Below, in pieces: positions 27,043-40,390 of a stretch of DNA of 64,000 nt. Within the stretch, counting starts at the first letter, position 1; each line of letters starts with the position of its first letter. Source of the DNA: Moniliella sp. 'wahieum' (taxonomy: Eukaryota). Both the position numbers and the translations under genes were made by a program. Below the pieces are notes generated by a model. It searched no databases, was not told the DNA's origin, and saw only the letters and a program-made list of their open reading frames with translations. The DNA lies in NCBI GenBank assembly GCA_003971905.1, contig RSEE01000035.1, forward strand, positions 372,001 to 436,000. The letters run 5' to 3'.

Positions 27043-28542
27043 GGGGCGTGTTCGCATCTTTCTTTCTCTTCTCCCTCTGTCCGTACGAGACGGTAAGAGA
27101 TGGTCGTATATTACACTACGTTACCCTTGTACTTTAGTTCTTTTGTTCTCTCCCTCCCTCCTCCTTATTCTTCGAACCTCTTCCTCTTTCTCGTGCTTAT
27201 TTCACACTGTCTCCCGTTTATCCAACTGCTGCTGTCTGGCGTGTTCTTACTTCTTACCCTCCCCCTACGTCCATCTATTTGCTGTGTCACCTTTCTTCCT
27301 TCGTCATCGCGCCATATCGTTTAGTCCGTTGCTTGAACGCTTTTATTGTTAGCGAAAGAGAACCACCTCGTATTCGCATGATTCAGAATGATGCAATGAT
27401 GCATGATGGAGAATTGAAATTGGCTCATTCTTTTGCGCCTGGATGCAGGATGGCGCTGCGCGCTGCGCGCGCTTTGGCTTGGCAATTTAAATGCCTGGAT
27501 GTCTCTAGGCACTAATAGTCACTAGTCACTAGCTCACGCGCTCACTAGTCACTGACATGTGACTTTGTAACTAGTGACAGTCACTAGCTACTAGGTTTAG
27601 TACTTCGTCCCAGTGGCAAAGCGGCCTCGCGACTGGGGTATTGTAGGGGATATTGCCCACATCCAATCATCTGTGACATACCTGAGCGCCTGAGCGCCTC
27701 AGGCGATTGTGGTGACCTGACCGGTGAGATCATGGTAACCGGTACCATGGTAACATGGGTGGCAGGTAGCCGGTAACTTTACCTTACCACGCGTAACGCG
27801 AATGCGTTTGAGTCGGGACCCAACAGAAAGGATCGGCGGTCTTTTTCCAATTTCAATCTGATCGGTTCCGCTTTGGGCGTGGTGGGCGGAGAGCAAGGTA
27901 GGGGCAAGACGAAGGAATGCGCAAAGCAGAGCTGACCCCGTCGAGATGAAAAACAAAGATGGATGTCGACCAGAAAACCGAACAGGCGTTGGACAGCACT
28001 GCCTGGTTTGAGAATTTGAGGTTGGAGGCCGAGGCACGAGGGCCTGGGGTTTGAGATCGGAGGGACTGCTGCCGGCTGCTGCTCGGTACCTGGGACACGG
28101 GGCTTGCGTTTGCGCGCGGCCACTCTGGGACCCAGTGCCCCGCTACAGACCGAGGGGCCGCACACTGCCTCTCTGCCCTGCCTCCACTTCTGTCACATGT
28201 TCACCATACCCTGCCAACCCGACAAGGCACAGGGGCGTGACCAAAAAGGCTCTTATGTCCGAATTAATAATGCAGCCTTTCACTGCCCCCCTGCGAGCCC
28301 GTCGGCGATCGCTTGCTTTGTGGCTCCAGATGCATGATGCTCGAGGATCGATGACATCCCGGCCGCCTGGGAGCGCGGGCACAGGAGGGCACACGCCCTG
28401 CACAGGAATGGCCGCCCCTTGCAGGGCTTACGTGGAGTTGCAATGCACATTTCAATTTTGGCTTTTCTCCGGCTCATCTCCAGCCTACTTCTTCTTGACC
28501 AGCTTGGACCTTGGCGCCCCCCCCACCACCTCCTTCGTCACC

Positions 28543-30666
28543 ATGGACCGCAGCATGAATGCCCTGCGCTCGCTGCGCACTTCGTGCCCCTTCCTTGGCC
28601 ACACCCCCATGGCCCAGCTGCGTGCCATGTCCACCACCTCCCTCATCGCTGGCGGCCCCACCCCTGGCGGTCAGCGCCCAGCGTTGCCCTGTCATGTCGG
28701 CCGCCATCCGCGACCAGGTTGACCTGAGCCAGTACGACCTTGCCTCCATCCCGGGCCACGAGGAAATCGCAATGAGTGTTGCGGCTGGTTCTGCCGTGTA
28801 CGGTGGCTCCCTCAACGCACTTGTCTTTGCCAAGAGCAACAAGGTTGCTTCCCCTCGTACCTCGGGTTGCCCTTTCGCCAGCGCTGGTCAGGCCCGTGGC
28901 ATGTCCACCTCGGCTCGTTCCGGCCAAGCTGCGCCGCTGGGCCAACACTCGGAATCGGACGAGCTCTCGCGGATCCATGCCACTCAAGGTGTGCTTACGA
29001 ACGGACATGGCGATGCTTCCAAGTGCCCTCACGTGGCCGCTGCGGCGGCAGTCGAACAGGCGACGCTCGAGGGCAAGGTTCCGCGTCAGTCGGTGGATGA
29101 GGTGACGGCGCAGGCCAAGGCTCAACTGGAAGCGGCTCGTCGTCGCGCAGTGGTGAAGCAGGTGCGCACTCCCGGCTCGGGGCTCGGACCGCTCCCGGCC
29201 CCGGAAGTGAAGCAAGCGCCTGGGTTCGACTATGAACTGTTTTATCACAACCAGCTCTTGTCCAAGCACACCGACAAGTCCTACCGGTACTTTAACAATA
29301 TCAACCGTCTTGCCGGTCGGGCTCCCCGTGGTCATCTCCAAAACGAAGAGTATGAAATCACGGTTTGGTGCTCGAACGACTACCAGAACATGTCCCGCCA
29401 CCCGCGCGTGCTGGCGGCAATGCAGGACTCGCTCCTCAAGTATGGCGCTGGCGCTGGCGGTACTCGCAACATTGCCGGGCACAATAGTGCGGTGGAGGAT
29501 CTGGAGGAACGGTTGGCCCAATTGCACCGCAAGGATGGTGCGTTGGTCTTTGGCTCGTGTTACGCTGCCAACGACGCGACTTTGGGATTCCTAGGATCCA
29601 AACTTCCGGATTGTGTGATTCTGTCGGACGAGATGAACCATGCGAGCATGATCAACGGCATCCGCCATAGCCGCTCCAAGAAGCTGATCTACAAGCACAA
29701 CGACATGGCCGATCTTGAAGCCAAACTGGCCTCTCTTCCCATTGACACCCCCAAGCTGATTGCGTTTGAGTCGGTCTATTCCATGTCGGGCACGGTCGGT
29801 CACATTGAAAAGACCATTGAACTAGCGGAGAAGTATGGCGCATTGACCTTCCTCGACGAGGTTCACGCGGTGGGGATGTACGGCCCTCGTGGTGCCGGCG
29901 TTGCTGAGCATCTCGACTGGGATGTGCAAGCCCGCGGCGGTGCTCAGCCGGGTGAGAAGCCGACGCTGATGGATCGGATTGACATCATCACCGGTACACT
30001 CGGAAAGGCGTACGGGAACGTGGGTGGGTACGTTGCCGGATCCAACCGGTTTATCGACATGATTCGTTCGTACGCACCTCAGTTCATCTTAGCACCACGC
30101 TTCCTCCCCATGTGGTAACGGGCGCGCGGACCGCAGTGGAAGTGCTGATGGAGAGCAACGAATCGCGCATTGCGCAGCAAGTCCGTACGCGCGAGACGGT
30201 TCGTTTGCTGAGCCAAGCTGGCATCCCACTTGAGCACAACCCGTCGCACATTGTCCCTGTTCTTGTTGGCGACGCGGCCAAGGCCAAGGCGGCATCCGAT
30301 ATGCTTCTCGAGGAACACGGATGCTACGTTCAGCCGATCAACTTCCCCACCGTACCCATGGGTCACGAACGTCTGCGCATCACCCCGACCCCGGGTCATA
30401 CTTCGGCTGACGTCCACCATCTGGTCCAGGCATTGGACCAAGTGTGGACCAAGCTGGGTTTGCGCCGCTCGGAGGAGCTGCGCAAGGCCCCGCAGGACGG
30501 AACCGATCCTCTGGCAGACCTTTTCCGCCGGTCCGAGTCGGACGAGGCAGCGGAACCGCTGTGGTCGGACAAGCTGTTGCGTTCGTTGGAGGCCATGGCA
30601 CTGGAGCAGCAGCAAGCTGCTTCAGTCCATGTCGTTTCACCGACGCCGGTTCATGCCGCAGCTTAA
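28543..30666 (+). CDS. HEM1: 5-aminolevulinate synthase, mitochondrial
   Basis: [66 protein letters not shown] (PLP Lys), [11 protein letters not shown]. 1-nt indels near 28660 and 30090. Confidence 0.97.
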
Positions 30667-30876
30667 ACCAATCGAACGGGATGTGTAACCCCGTTTTTCC
30701 CCAGGTGAATCCGAACCGGCACCGCAGCTCTGATCTGAGCCCCTTTCTTCTGTCCACCCCTTTATGCATTGAATCTCCCGGTGGGAGGCATGCGAAACAT
30801 CTACCGATGATCAGGATCGATGTATGTAGCTGTAACGGAAATGACTTCAAGCGGGAGCGTAGCTGGGTATTGCAAC

Positions 30877-31995
30877 TCACGGCAGTGGGTTGGGGAGCTT
30901 GACGGGGTACTGGAGGGTATGGGCCTGGATCAAGGCGAGCAAGTCGGGGGAAAGTCGTTGTTCCAATGCGAGTGCTTCCACAATCACCGCTTTGGCATCG
31001 AGAGGCGGGAGGGAGCGGAGCAGATCCATAGGTCGCGAGGTGGCCAAGAGCTTGGTCCGGAGGAACCTGACTTGGGCGAGAATGCACACAGGTTCATGTG
31101 CACCCCCCGCGCCCAAAAAAGTCCCACAACTTGAGCACTTCGGCTAGCGGGGGCTGCGAAGCGCCCAGCGTCAAGACAGATGCGAAGGCGTAGAGCTGTG
31201 CATTGAGCCCGTTCGCAGCCAGATGGTCGCTCAGCTCCTTGTCGACATGGGCCAGGCAAAGGTCGAGGATTTGGACGCCTTGGTGCACTCCCGCCAAGGT
31301 GGGCAGCACATATGTCGGACAATGGTATTCGATCAGGGCGGAGAAGCAGGCAAATGCTTCCAACTCCCAAGGCAGAGCATAGAGAAAGGGTGCACAAAGC
31401 ACATTCATCCCCTGCATGTACACTGGCGCTTGACTGATGGCTGTGCTCGGACCAGCCGGTGAATTTCCGGGAGGGCTGGCGGAGGAGGAGAGCGTAGCAG
31501 CTTCTGAGGCAGGGGAGGAGCGTAAGTCTTGCTTCCATACGTAGGCGTTGAGCAACCGCACGAGTTGAGCATCCGATACACGGGCACGAAACGCCGGATC
31601 TGTCGCCAAGGTACGAAAGGCATCGTTGGAGATTTGCTGCGCTTCGCGCGAAGCTGCGCGGCGAACGAGGTCGGTGTACGCTTGGGCTGACATGGGCGAC
31701 GTGTCAGCCGTGCCGCTTGGAGGGGAAGCAACAGCAGCTTCCACGCCACGCTGCGCCAAGTGGTCTCGGGCTGGGACGAGGTGTTACCGGTGGGGGCGAG
31801 CTCAGAGGGGCAGCCGGGCGGGATGCCCTGGTGGACAACGAGCGCCCGCACCAAGTCGACGACGGGGACCTGGGCATGCTCGGCAGCGGCACGCAGGCCG
31901 GCGAGGGACGAAGGCCAGGGCGGCAGCGCGTCAGCCACCAGCGTATGCGGGGGGGGTGCAAACGGGCGCGGGTGGCGCACAGCCGTGGGGGACAT
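30877..31995 (-). CDS. BUB2: Bub2/Cdc16 TBC-domain GAP (mitotic exit/SIN)
   Basis: WRSVAWKLLL, QISNDAFRTLATD..LVRLLNAYVW, YMQGMNVLCAPFLY, PTYV.PTLAGVHQG, YAFASVLTL..PPL.EVLKLWDF, GVHMN..LLRSLPPLDA. Confidence 0.93.
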
Positions 31996-32242
31996 GGAGC
32001 ACCTGGCGGAGAATGCCGTTGGAGGCGGCGCCCAGATGGCTGTCGACGATCGAGCGGTGGCCGGCGAGGCGGACCACTCCTCTCCCTGGCCCTGCAGGCC
32101 CAGGAGGCGCATAACCCTACTGCCGATATGTAAACCCTAGTGCTCGGCGCTGTGTTTCTGCTGTGCGGCTGGTTAAACGTTAAACGATAAACGTTAATGG
32201 CGTAGACACGCGTGGGCGATCCACCAACAGACACGACCCCAC

Positions 32243-35200
32243 TCATAGATTAGAAAAGAAGGCCCAGTCCGCCTCGACCCAGCGCAGCATGTAGTCGTCC
32301 ACCGTGCCCTCGTCCTCCTCCTCGTCCTCCTCTTCCTCTTCCTCCTCATCTTCCTCCTCCTCTTCCTCCTCCTCCTCCACGGCACCATTCTCTAGCCCCC
32401 CCACTCGACGACGCACCTGTGCCACCCGCCTCCCCGGGCGGCGCGTCGGCGCCCCAGTCGGATTGGTCCACCATCATCTCCTGCCGCACCGCCTGAGCCG
32501 CCGCACGGTCCTCCTCGTCTTCGGCCGCCATCATTGCCCGCTCCACATCGCGGCCCGACTCGGTGTCCTCATCGCCAATGTGAACACCCGCGAGGGTGCG
32601 TCCGCCCTCGTCGAGCATGTCGCGCCAGTCGGAACGGAGGAGGGATTCGGTACTAAACTCGCCCTGTTGGATCACCATATTGTCCAGCAATCGTTTTTGG
32701 TTGGCCTTCTTGAGCATGTTCTCCTCGATCGTGTGCTCGGAGACAAAGCGGTAGATGTGCACATCGCGCGTCTGACCAATCCGGTGGGCGCGGTCCATGC
32801 ACTGCTGCTCAATGGCCGCGTTCCAGTCCAGGTCATAGAAGAGAACGGTGTCAGCGCCTGTCAGGTTGATCCCCAACCCCCCGGAACGCGTCGAGAGGAT
32901 AAAGGCAGTGATGCGCGGGTCGCGGTTAAAGCGCTCCGTCAGCAATTGCCGGTCTTCCACCTTGGTCGCCCCATCGAGGCGCAGGTAGCGGTAGCCATGG
33001 AAACTGAGGAAAGATTCGAGAATGTCCAAGACCTTGGTCATCTGGGTAAAGATCAGGATCCGGTGCCCACCATCCTTGAGGCGTCGCATCAAACGATCCA
33101 ACTGCTGCAGTTTACCACAGTCGTACTGCAACAAGGACGCATCAGGGAACGCAACTTGGAGTTTGGCGGCGGCGTTGTGGAAGATGTCCCGATCATGCTC
33201 GCGCAGCTCAGGGTATGCTAATGGTTCCACGCCAGGCAAAGCCAGCTGGGCCATCCCAGGCGCATACACTGCCGGCGTCACAAAGGCAAACCGGTCGATC
33301 AGGTCTTCCCCCTGCCGCATCCGTCCCTCGTAAGGCTGGATAGCTTCTGATACCGCATCACAACGATCCAGATATGTCGTACGTTTCTTCTCCGCCACCG
33401 ACAGGGGCACCAGTTGCGTTTCGCCCCCCAACGCCCGAACTGTACGAAGTAGCTCGGTACTGTACGAAGGTGGCGTGGCCTGGCACCGGATCGCATTGAG
33501 AGAATGGTGGTGTGCCCAACGCTGTGCATGCATTGCCTCGTTGTACGCTCCCATAGACTCACGATAGGCCGAGATGGAAGAAGTGTCGGGAACGACCGCC
33601 GGGGGCAAAGAGGCACAACTCATCTTCCGTGGCGAAGAAGGGTCGAGCCGGCGGAGCTCCTCTACCACCACATGGTCGCGGGGATGGTTGAACCCCAAAT
33701 CCAACGTTTTCTCCCGGCTGGCCAAGCTCTTGGCGTCCTGCTCGGCCAAGAGAGTACGGCGAACGAGCAAGTTTTTGATCTCGTAATCGGCCGCCACGGC
33801 CCGGTCCATAGCAAAGGCTGTGACAATGGGACGGACCTCGAATAAGTCGGGGTGGTTGCACACCTTGCGCAGCTGCATAAGGCAGTTGATGATCGATAGA
33901 TAGTTGCCCGACGCAAGCGACTGGCGTGTGGCCGCACGCGACATGAAATCGTTGTAGAGGAACCGCTGCCGCTTGGAAAGGCGACAGGTGATCACATGCT
34001 CATACTTGTGCGGCAGTTCTCGCTCCACCTCGGATTTGAGACGCCGCAAAATGAAGGGACGTAACACGGTATGCAGCTTGCTGACCATGTCGCGCGTCTG
34101 GGCATCCATGCCGTCGCCACTCTGGATCGCCTTGTCTAGCGGGTTGGCAAACCAATCTTGAAAGTCCTTGATGCTGGCAAACGCGCCCCCGCCAGCCACA
34201 TCATCAATCCCGTGGGGCATAAGGAAGTACATCAAACTCCATAGGTCCATCAGGTTGTTCTGAAGAGGGGTTCCGGTGAGAAGCAAACGACGCTGAGAGT
34301 GGAAGCCAAGCAAGGTTTGCCAGCGCTTGGCACGAAAATTCTTGATGTGCGCCTCATCCAAGATAAGGTACATCCACGCTTTGCGACGGAAAATGTGCTG
34401 GTCGGCAAGAACGAGTTGGTAACTCGTAATACATACGTTGAACGAATTCTCCTTATGCCAGCCAATACGCTTCTCCTTGCGCTCCCGCTGATTTCCGTAA
34501 TACGAGAGGATCTTAAACCCAGGGAGAAACTTCTTGAACTCCATCTCCCAGTTGAGCATGACACTCGTTGGTGCGATGACCAAGTGCGGGCCCCAGATTC
34601 CTCGGTCGCACGCCAAGTGAGCCAGGAGGGCAATGGTTTGAATCGTCTTACCAAGTCCCTTGGGGCAGAACAAAGTCAGTACCAGCGCTGATCAAGTGCA
34701 AGTCGCGGACGTACCATCTCGTCAGCAAGAATGCCGTTCATGCCGTTGGAATACAAATCGGCCAGCCACTCGAGGCCAGCTTGCTGATAGGGGCGAAGGG
34801 TCCCACGAAGAAGAAATGGTGGTCGGATCCGCGGTTCGGGCCCGTTTGCTGCCTGTGCCGCTACTTCCCGCGAAGAAGAGTGGGAAATCAAGTGTGAAGA
34901 GAGGGGGGCATCCTCCTTGTCCGCCGCTGGGTCCGACTGTTCGTCATCCTCAATTTCCTCCACTAGTGGATGAGGGGCACTATGCCCGCGGGCCCGGCCC
35001 AGGTGGAAGTGATCGTCCATCTTAACGTCCTCTTGTGAGATCGCTAGGGCTCTCGGTCCAAAGCTTGATCTCCTTGAATGAGCCAGGGTCAAGCGAGCGT
35101 TTAGCCAAGCTTGGCCGCGAGTTGGACTGACTGAGAGATGCCGGCTCCACCTGATGAGGCGTATCGACATGCGAAGGAGAGCTGAGATCTTCGTCATCGG

Positions 35201-37891
35201 ACAGTCGAAGGTACCTCCGCAAAAGCTCATCAATAGGAATATCAGCATCAGCGAGTAGGCCCGCATCTTCATCCGAGTCGTCAGTCTCAGCTCGATCTTC
35301 CTCCATCATCGCACGGTCCGCTTCAGCGTCCTGGTCTTCCTCTCTTCGGAGTACATCCGAAAGAGGAGATAAAGGCGAGTCGGAAGAGGAAGGAGACACC
35401 TCTTCCATATCCGGATGTGCATCATTCGCCCTAACACCTTCAGAAGAGATGCCTGCTTCGGAAGTAGCACATGGTCCAGCGGCAGGAATGTAGCCAGGGT
35501 AGTTCTTGAGAAGCTCTTCAAGGGGAATGTCGGCCGTGGCCAACAAGTCATCATCCTCGTCCTCGTCATCGGCATTTTCGTCGTCCATATGAACGTCCTC
35601 TTCACTCCCCGCACTGTTACGGGGAGAATCGTAAGGAAGTGGGGCATCGACCGAGACGCTTTCGTCCATCGTTTTTGCCAGGGCTGGTTCAGACGCATGA
35701 TCTTTTATAGGAGGGGCGCTTTCACCCAGGTGAGCATCCACCTCGCTCTCTTCTCTGGCAGCCTCTGTTCGTTCGGTTGCCAAACTGGTAGGGCTAGGCA
35801 AGTTGTCAGCATATAAGTTGGCGAGCAAGCTGATCCCTGTGCTGTGATGCCCGGCCGTGTCGCTCATATCGGATCCAACAGAAAGATGATCAGCGTCGGG
35901 TGTTTCAACATCCGTCATGGAGATGCCAGTGAGGTCCTCCTCCTCCTCTTCATCCTCTCCTCCTCTTCCTCAATGAGCTCCATGCCGTTATCGTTGTTAC
36001 GACCGGAAACCGAGTCGTATTCAAATTGAGAGGCGTGCCCTTGAGTCATACCCCGCTGGCGCTGTTCGAGCATGCGCGTACTTTGCTGGAGGATCTGGGA
36101 GAGTTGCTCACGTCCACGCTGCTCGTCTTGCGCGCGAGCGAGATCGGCTTTGCGCTTGCGCACAACAGTGATAGCCAGGCGCCATTGCTTGGCGACTTCG
36201 CGACTTGTGGTACGGGCCAAGGCTCGCACCCTTCGCTCCTCTGCTTTGCGCTCCCGCTCTCTTTTGGATGCCACGCGTTCCCAATACTGGGCAACCATTT
36301 TGGCCACCTTGTGTGTGCCCCGAAGGCGTGCCTCCCTTGCCGTCCGCAACGCCTTGGCACGAGTGGGGACTGCGTCGATCAGAATATCCCAAGCCGACTT
36401 TTCCTGGCACGGCCGCTCGGGAGGCGTGAGGGCGTGGAGGTAGGTGGCAAAAATCCTGGTATCTCGAGAGGGAACACTGCCCATTGCGTTCGGTGGACAG
36501 GCTGAGGGTACGGGTGAATTTACTGGGAGAGCGAGCGGTGCCACAGTCTCATCGGAAGACAAATCTCTCGTGAGTAGAGCATCCGGGTCGGAAAGATAGT
36601 CCACCAGTTTGCCTTGTTGACGGAGGTGATCCATACGAGCCAGAATTTGGCCTTGCCGCGTGGCCAAGGCCTCCACCTCGGACTGAGAAAGATCTTGTCC
36701 ATCTTCCTCAAGAAAATAAGTTTTATTCCACAGGGCGGTGAGGCGCGCTTGCACAGTCTCCGCGTCTGGTTCGGGAGGTCGAGGTGGAAGAGGCCCTTGG
36801 AGGCTGGTCAAGGGAAAGCGAAGTGTAAGCTTGTCAGTCCTTCCTAGGACAGCAGCTTGAGCATAAGTAGCGCGCGCCTCCATGAGCGCTGCATATTCCT
36901 TGGGTAGATGGGCAGGGCTCATGGGACGCCAATCGGGCGCTGGGATAATGCCGAGACGGCCGCGGTACCAGCTGGCAAGAGCCTGTGCCTCATCCGAGCT
37001 AGGCAAGATCGACGACGACGGAAGGGGCCTGGCCCTTATAGCGTCATCATATGGTGACTGGATATGCGGACGTTTGCGAGAAGGAGGATGATTCTCGCTC
37101 ACAGATGGGAAGGGGGAAGTGGAGGGGGACATCGTACTCGGCCCGCTTTCCCGCCGCGCCGGACCCGAGCGGCGACGGGGAGGCGGAGCAGGCAACGCGG
37201 GTGTGGACTTGCGCCGGCCTTTGACCGTAGGAGCGGTTACGCTTTCAGAGGGCGGGACGGTGGGTTCTCGATCCTGGGCCCGGCTCTTGCCCTTGCCCTT
37301 GTCCAGACCAGGAACAGAGGAGGGGACAACGAGGCTGTTTGGCTCAGCATCCTTGGATGTGCGCCGCGCCAACACAATACGAGGACGTTTATTTGGACGC
37401 AAAGAAGGAGGAGGAGTGGCAGAGCTGGGACTAGAGCGGGAAGTGCCGGCGACCGAGGGTGAGGGGGCGTAATAGCGAAGTTGGTGCTTCGGGCGCGGGC
37501 TGGGCATGCTGGCGGGCTGAGGAGCGGCGGCGAGAAGAGCGACGAGTCGAGCTGGTCGACATATCCGCCGAATCATCTTCCGCTGCTGAAGCAAAGCCGC
37601 GCCCAGGGTTAGAGAAAGCGAGCGCAGCAAGCTCGCGGTTTCGGCGGCGGTCCAGTCGCTCTGCCTTGCTCAGTTTAGCAGCAGGGGCGGCACAAGCGCG
37701 TCGGTGGGTGCGGGAGTGGAAGTTGTGGACGCAGAAGAGTATGATTCGCCGAGAACAGCGTCAGGCACGGGTCGTTCATCAGCACCGGCGTCGCGGTCGT
37801 TCGGTGTTCGGACTGCAGGAACTTGCTGGTGAACGCTGGATGCTGCCCCCCCGTCCCCCGGCGGCGGAAGAGCCGGGGATGATGCTGGCAT
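32243..37891 (-). CDS. SWR1: SWR1 chromatin-remodelling ATPase (H2A.Z deposition)
   Basis: HSA-like helix; LRGTLRPYQQAGLEWL..NGILADEM|GLGKTIQT (intron 34659-34714); split SNF2 ATPase with long insertion; LLQYDCGKLQ; STRSGGLGINLTGADTV; DRAHRIGQTRDVHIYR; C-terminal VDDYMLRWVE. Confidence 0.96.
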
Positions 37892-38906
37892 AGCGAGACC
37901 AGTTAGTGAACACGACAGAACCACACGCTGGTGGCAAGCGTCGAGCGCGTGGCGAGGTGCGTTTGCCTTCAGCTCGCGGTGGGGATGGTGGTGGTGGTGG
38001 CGGTGGCGCGTGCGGCCTCGGTGCTGCGTCAAGCTTCAAGGCCTGAGCCGCAGGCCTCAAGCTGTCCCCGTCTGTGACCTGCTAAAGGGTCACGTGACGA
38101 GCTCGCTTGCTTACGCCAGCAGATGATGATGTCATGCAGCCACGGGGCGCGGCGTGGCTGGGCGTGGCGCGTGAAGCTGTGGTTGGACGGTTTTCCTACC
38201 TTGGCGGTAGCCATGACTTCGGCGGAATACCTGGCTCACATGTCGTCAATGCACAAGGTGTCCGAGGCAGGCCCAGATCAATCATCAAGGTTGCTCTCGC
38301 TTGAACTCACTCTTCTTGGCCCGTATACACTTTGAGATACGCACAACGGCCTCTTTCCTCATGGGGACGAGAAAGTGAAGGCAACCAGTAGCATCACCAC
38401 CCCCTTGTCTCTCTTCGTTTCGCGGTTGGAGTGACGAACTCCAATCAGCACTCCCCTTGAGCCTTTCAATATAGGCGTCAACTTGGCACTGTCCATAACG
38501 TCAAAAGATTGAGTGCAAGTACAGTTTCAAAGGCATGAGACCCAAGACAGACGCAAATACACAACCATTCAAAAAGGTAACAAGGGGGCATCATGGTCCT
38601 GCTGTCCATCGCAGACGTGTGAGACGTCCTAGGCGAACGATTGTAAAAGGGGGTAAGGGTAGAGGGTAACCAGTGAATAAAGGGCCGAGGGAGAAGCGGG
38701 TAGCAGGCAGGGTGCAGGGGTAGCGCATTAGGAGCACAGCGCGACAAACAATGCGAATAAGAGGCGCGAAGAGAAGGACATCATGAGCTCGTGCTAAAAC
38801 TGTGTCTAGAATGGTCTGGCAATCCTCAACTTGAGGGCATAGGCATCTTCATCTCTGGCGTAGGCGAGTACTCGAACTTTTCTGGGCGGGGAGGGGGCCG
38901 CCAAGT

Positions 38907-39167
38907 TCATCGGTAGCGGGGGTGATGGCGGGTGTACCTGGGCGGTGGGGCATCCTGGGAAGGTTGGCTGTCCTCGTCTTCGGGGGGCAAGTCGCCGCCA
39001 TCCCAACAGCAGTTAAAACGGCAATCGCAGCATGTGCACCAGTCTTGCCCGATCGTCGCTGCCAGGTGGGGTCAGCAACTGGGGCCGATAGAGACAAGGG
39101 GAGACATACAGTTGGCACACCACGACATCCAGATGCCGGCGCAGAGACCTTCGCACACATCGGTCAT
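38907..39167 (-). CDS. Small Cys-rich protein (about 69 aa, two exons; not in ORF track)
   Basis: Exon 39167-39110, intron 39109-39059 (GTATGT..GCTGAC..CAG), exon 39058-38907. Product MTDVCEGLCAGIWMSWCANSTIGQDWCTCCDCRFNCCWDGGDLPPEDEDSQP... Confidence 0.6.
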
Positions 39168-40072
39168 AGTGAACAGAGAGGGGGGGGGCAAGACAGAAGG
39201 TAAAAGGGGGGTGAGAGAGGTGCCAGTGGTGGTGGTGGTGGACTCGGCCCTGGGTTGTACGTGAGATCAAAGATGCAGATCCCTACCACTAGGAAGCTGC
39301 GGAGAGGGCAAAGGTTGGACGAACATGTAGTTCCACGGTGATCGAGTGGCCGGCGACCGATGACTGGAGTGGCTACTGAACGTTGAACAATTGAATGCTG
39401 TGGTCGACCACGGTGCTACGCGAAGGGTGACAGGGTGACAGGGTGGCTTACCACCCGTGATGTGACTGGAGGCCAGACACAGCCCCTGTGCCCACCCCGG
39501 TTAGCCGGTTATGGTTAAGCTAGTGACTAGTGAAAGTCGATGACGATGTGCACTCAAGCTGAGCGAGCGCTTCATTGGCGCCTGTCTTTTTGTCTGCTAT
39601 ACGCCCAGCATGTGGGCGCGGACATGACCACCACCAATTTTAAGTGCCGATTGGGAACTGACGAAATGGCACGTACTCCATACACTGTATCAAAAGGAGC
39701 CGGTGGCCCACAGTGGCTCGCCAACATCCCTAAAAGTTCTCAGTCTGAAGTAGGGTAATACAACAGCAGCAAAATGAAAATACCGTTCATCATCTTCAGT
39801 CACAGAAGAAGACAAACACAGTGAACATGATACGCTGTTAATGTAGGTGCAACACTTCTCAGGTCACAGTCGCACCACATGAGGCCCGAGGGGATGATAA
39901 AAGCAGAAGCCACAAGGGGAGAAATTGAGAAAAGCAAATCATGTAGTGCTTCATATACCACACACATACACAGGTCGACCGTCGATGTGCATGTATATAG
40001 CCCCACTCTTAGAAGTAGAATGAAGCCAATTAGCATCGTATGCCCAGGATAAAGATTCTTTCGAATAAGGTG

Positions 40073-40390
40073 TTAAGCCTGAAGCTTGTCTTGGTTGTGC
40101 ATGTAGAAGCACCACAACCCTTCAAGCATGCCGGGGAACCAGCCGCATATGGTGAGGATCACGTTGATCCAGAATTCGATGCCACAGCCCTCGCTAAGAA
40201 TAAACACACCAATGGGAGGAATGACAAGGGTGATAAGCCTTATAGAAGGGAAAATCATGACGTTAGCTCACCACCCTCATAGTACACAGGCCATCACTTC
40301 ACCAATTAGGCCTTAGGTTCCACGAAAAGAGAATTCGACGAGACTCTCTGATTGACTCACAATGCCCCAATCGGTGGGTAGTTGCACCAT
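40073..40390 (-). CDS. Pmp3/UPF0057 plasma-membrane proteolipid
   Basis: LITLVIPPIGVFIL..GCGIEFWINVILTICGWFPGMLEGLW matches the Pmp3 pattern. First exon MVQLPTDWGI followed by a GTGAGT donor at 40360. Confidence 0.85.

Noticed and set aside
28543..30666. Programmed ribosomal frameshifting or pseudogene status for HEM1 and others
   Set aside because: Indels are scattered across nearly all genes without consistent slippery sites; assembly error is more parsimonious.
32304..33221. 305-aa plus-strand ORF, and similar long ORFs at 28643-29527, 41845-42993 and 46111-46872
   Set aside because: Antisense shadows of GC-rich codon-biased genes (SWR1, HEM1, QCR1, PAQR).
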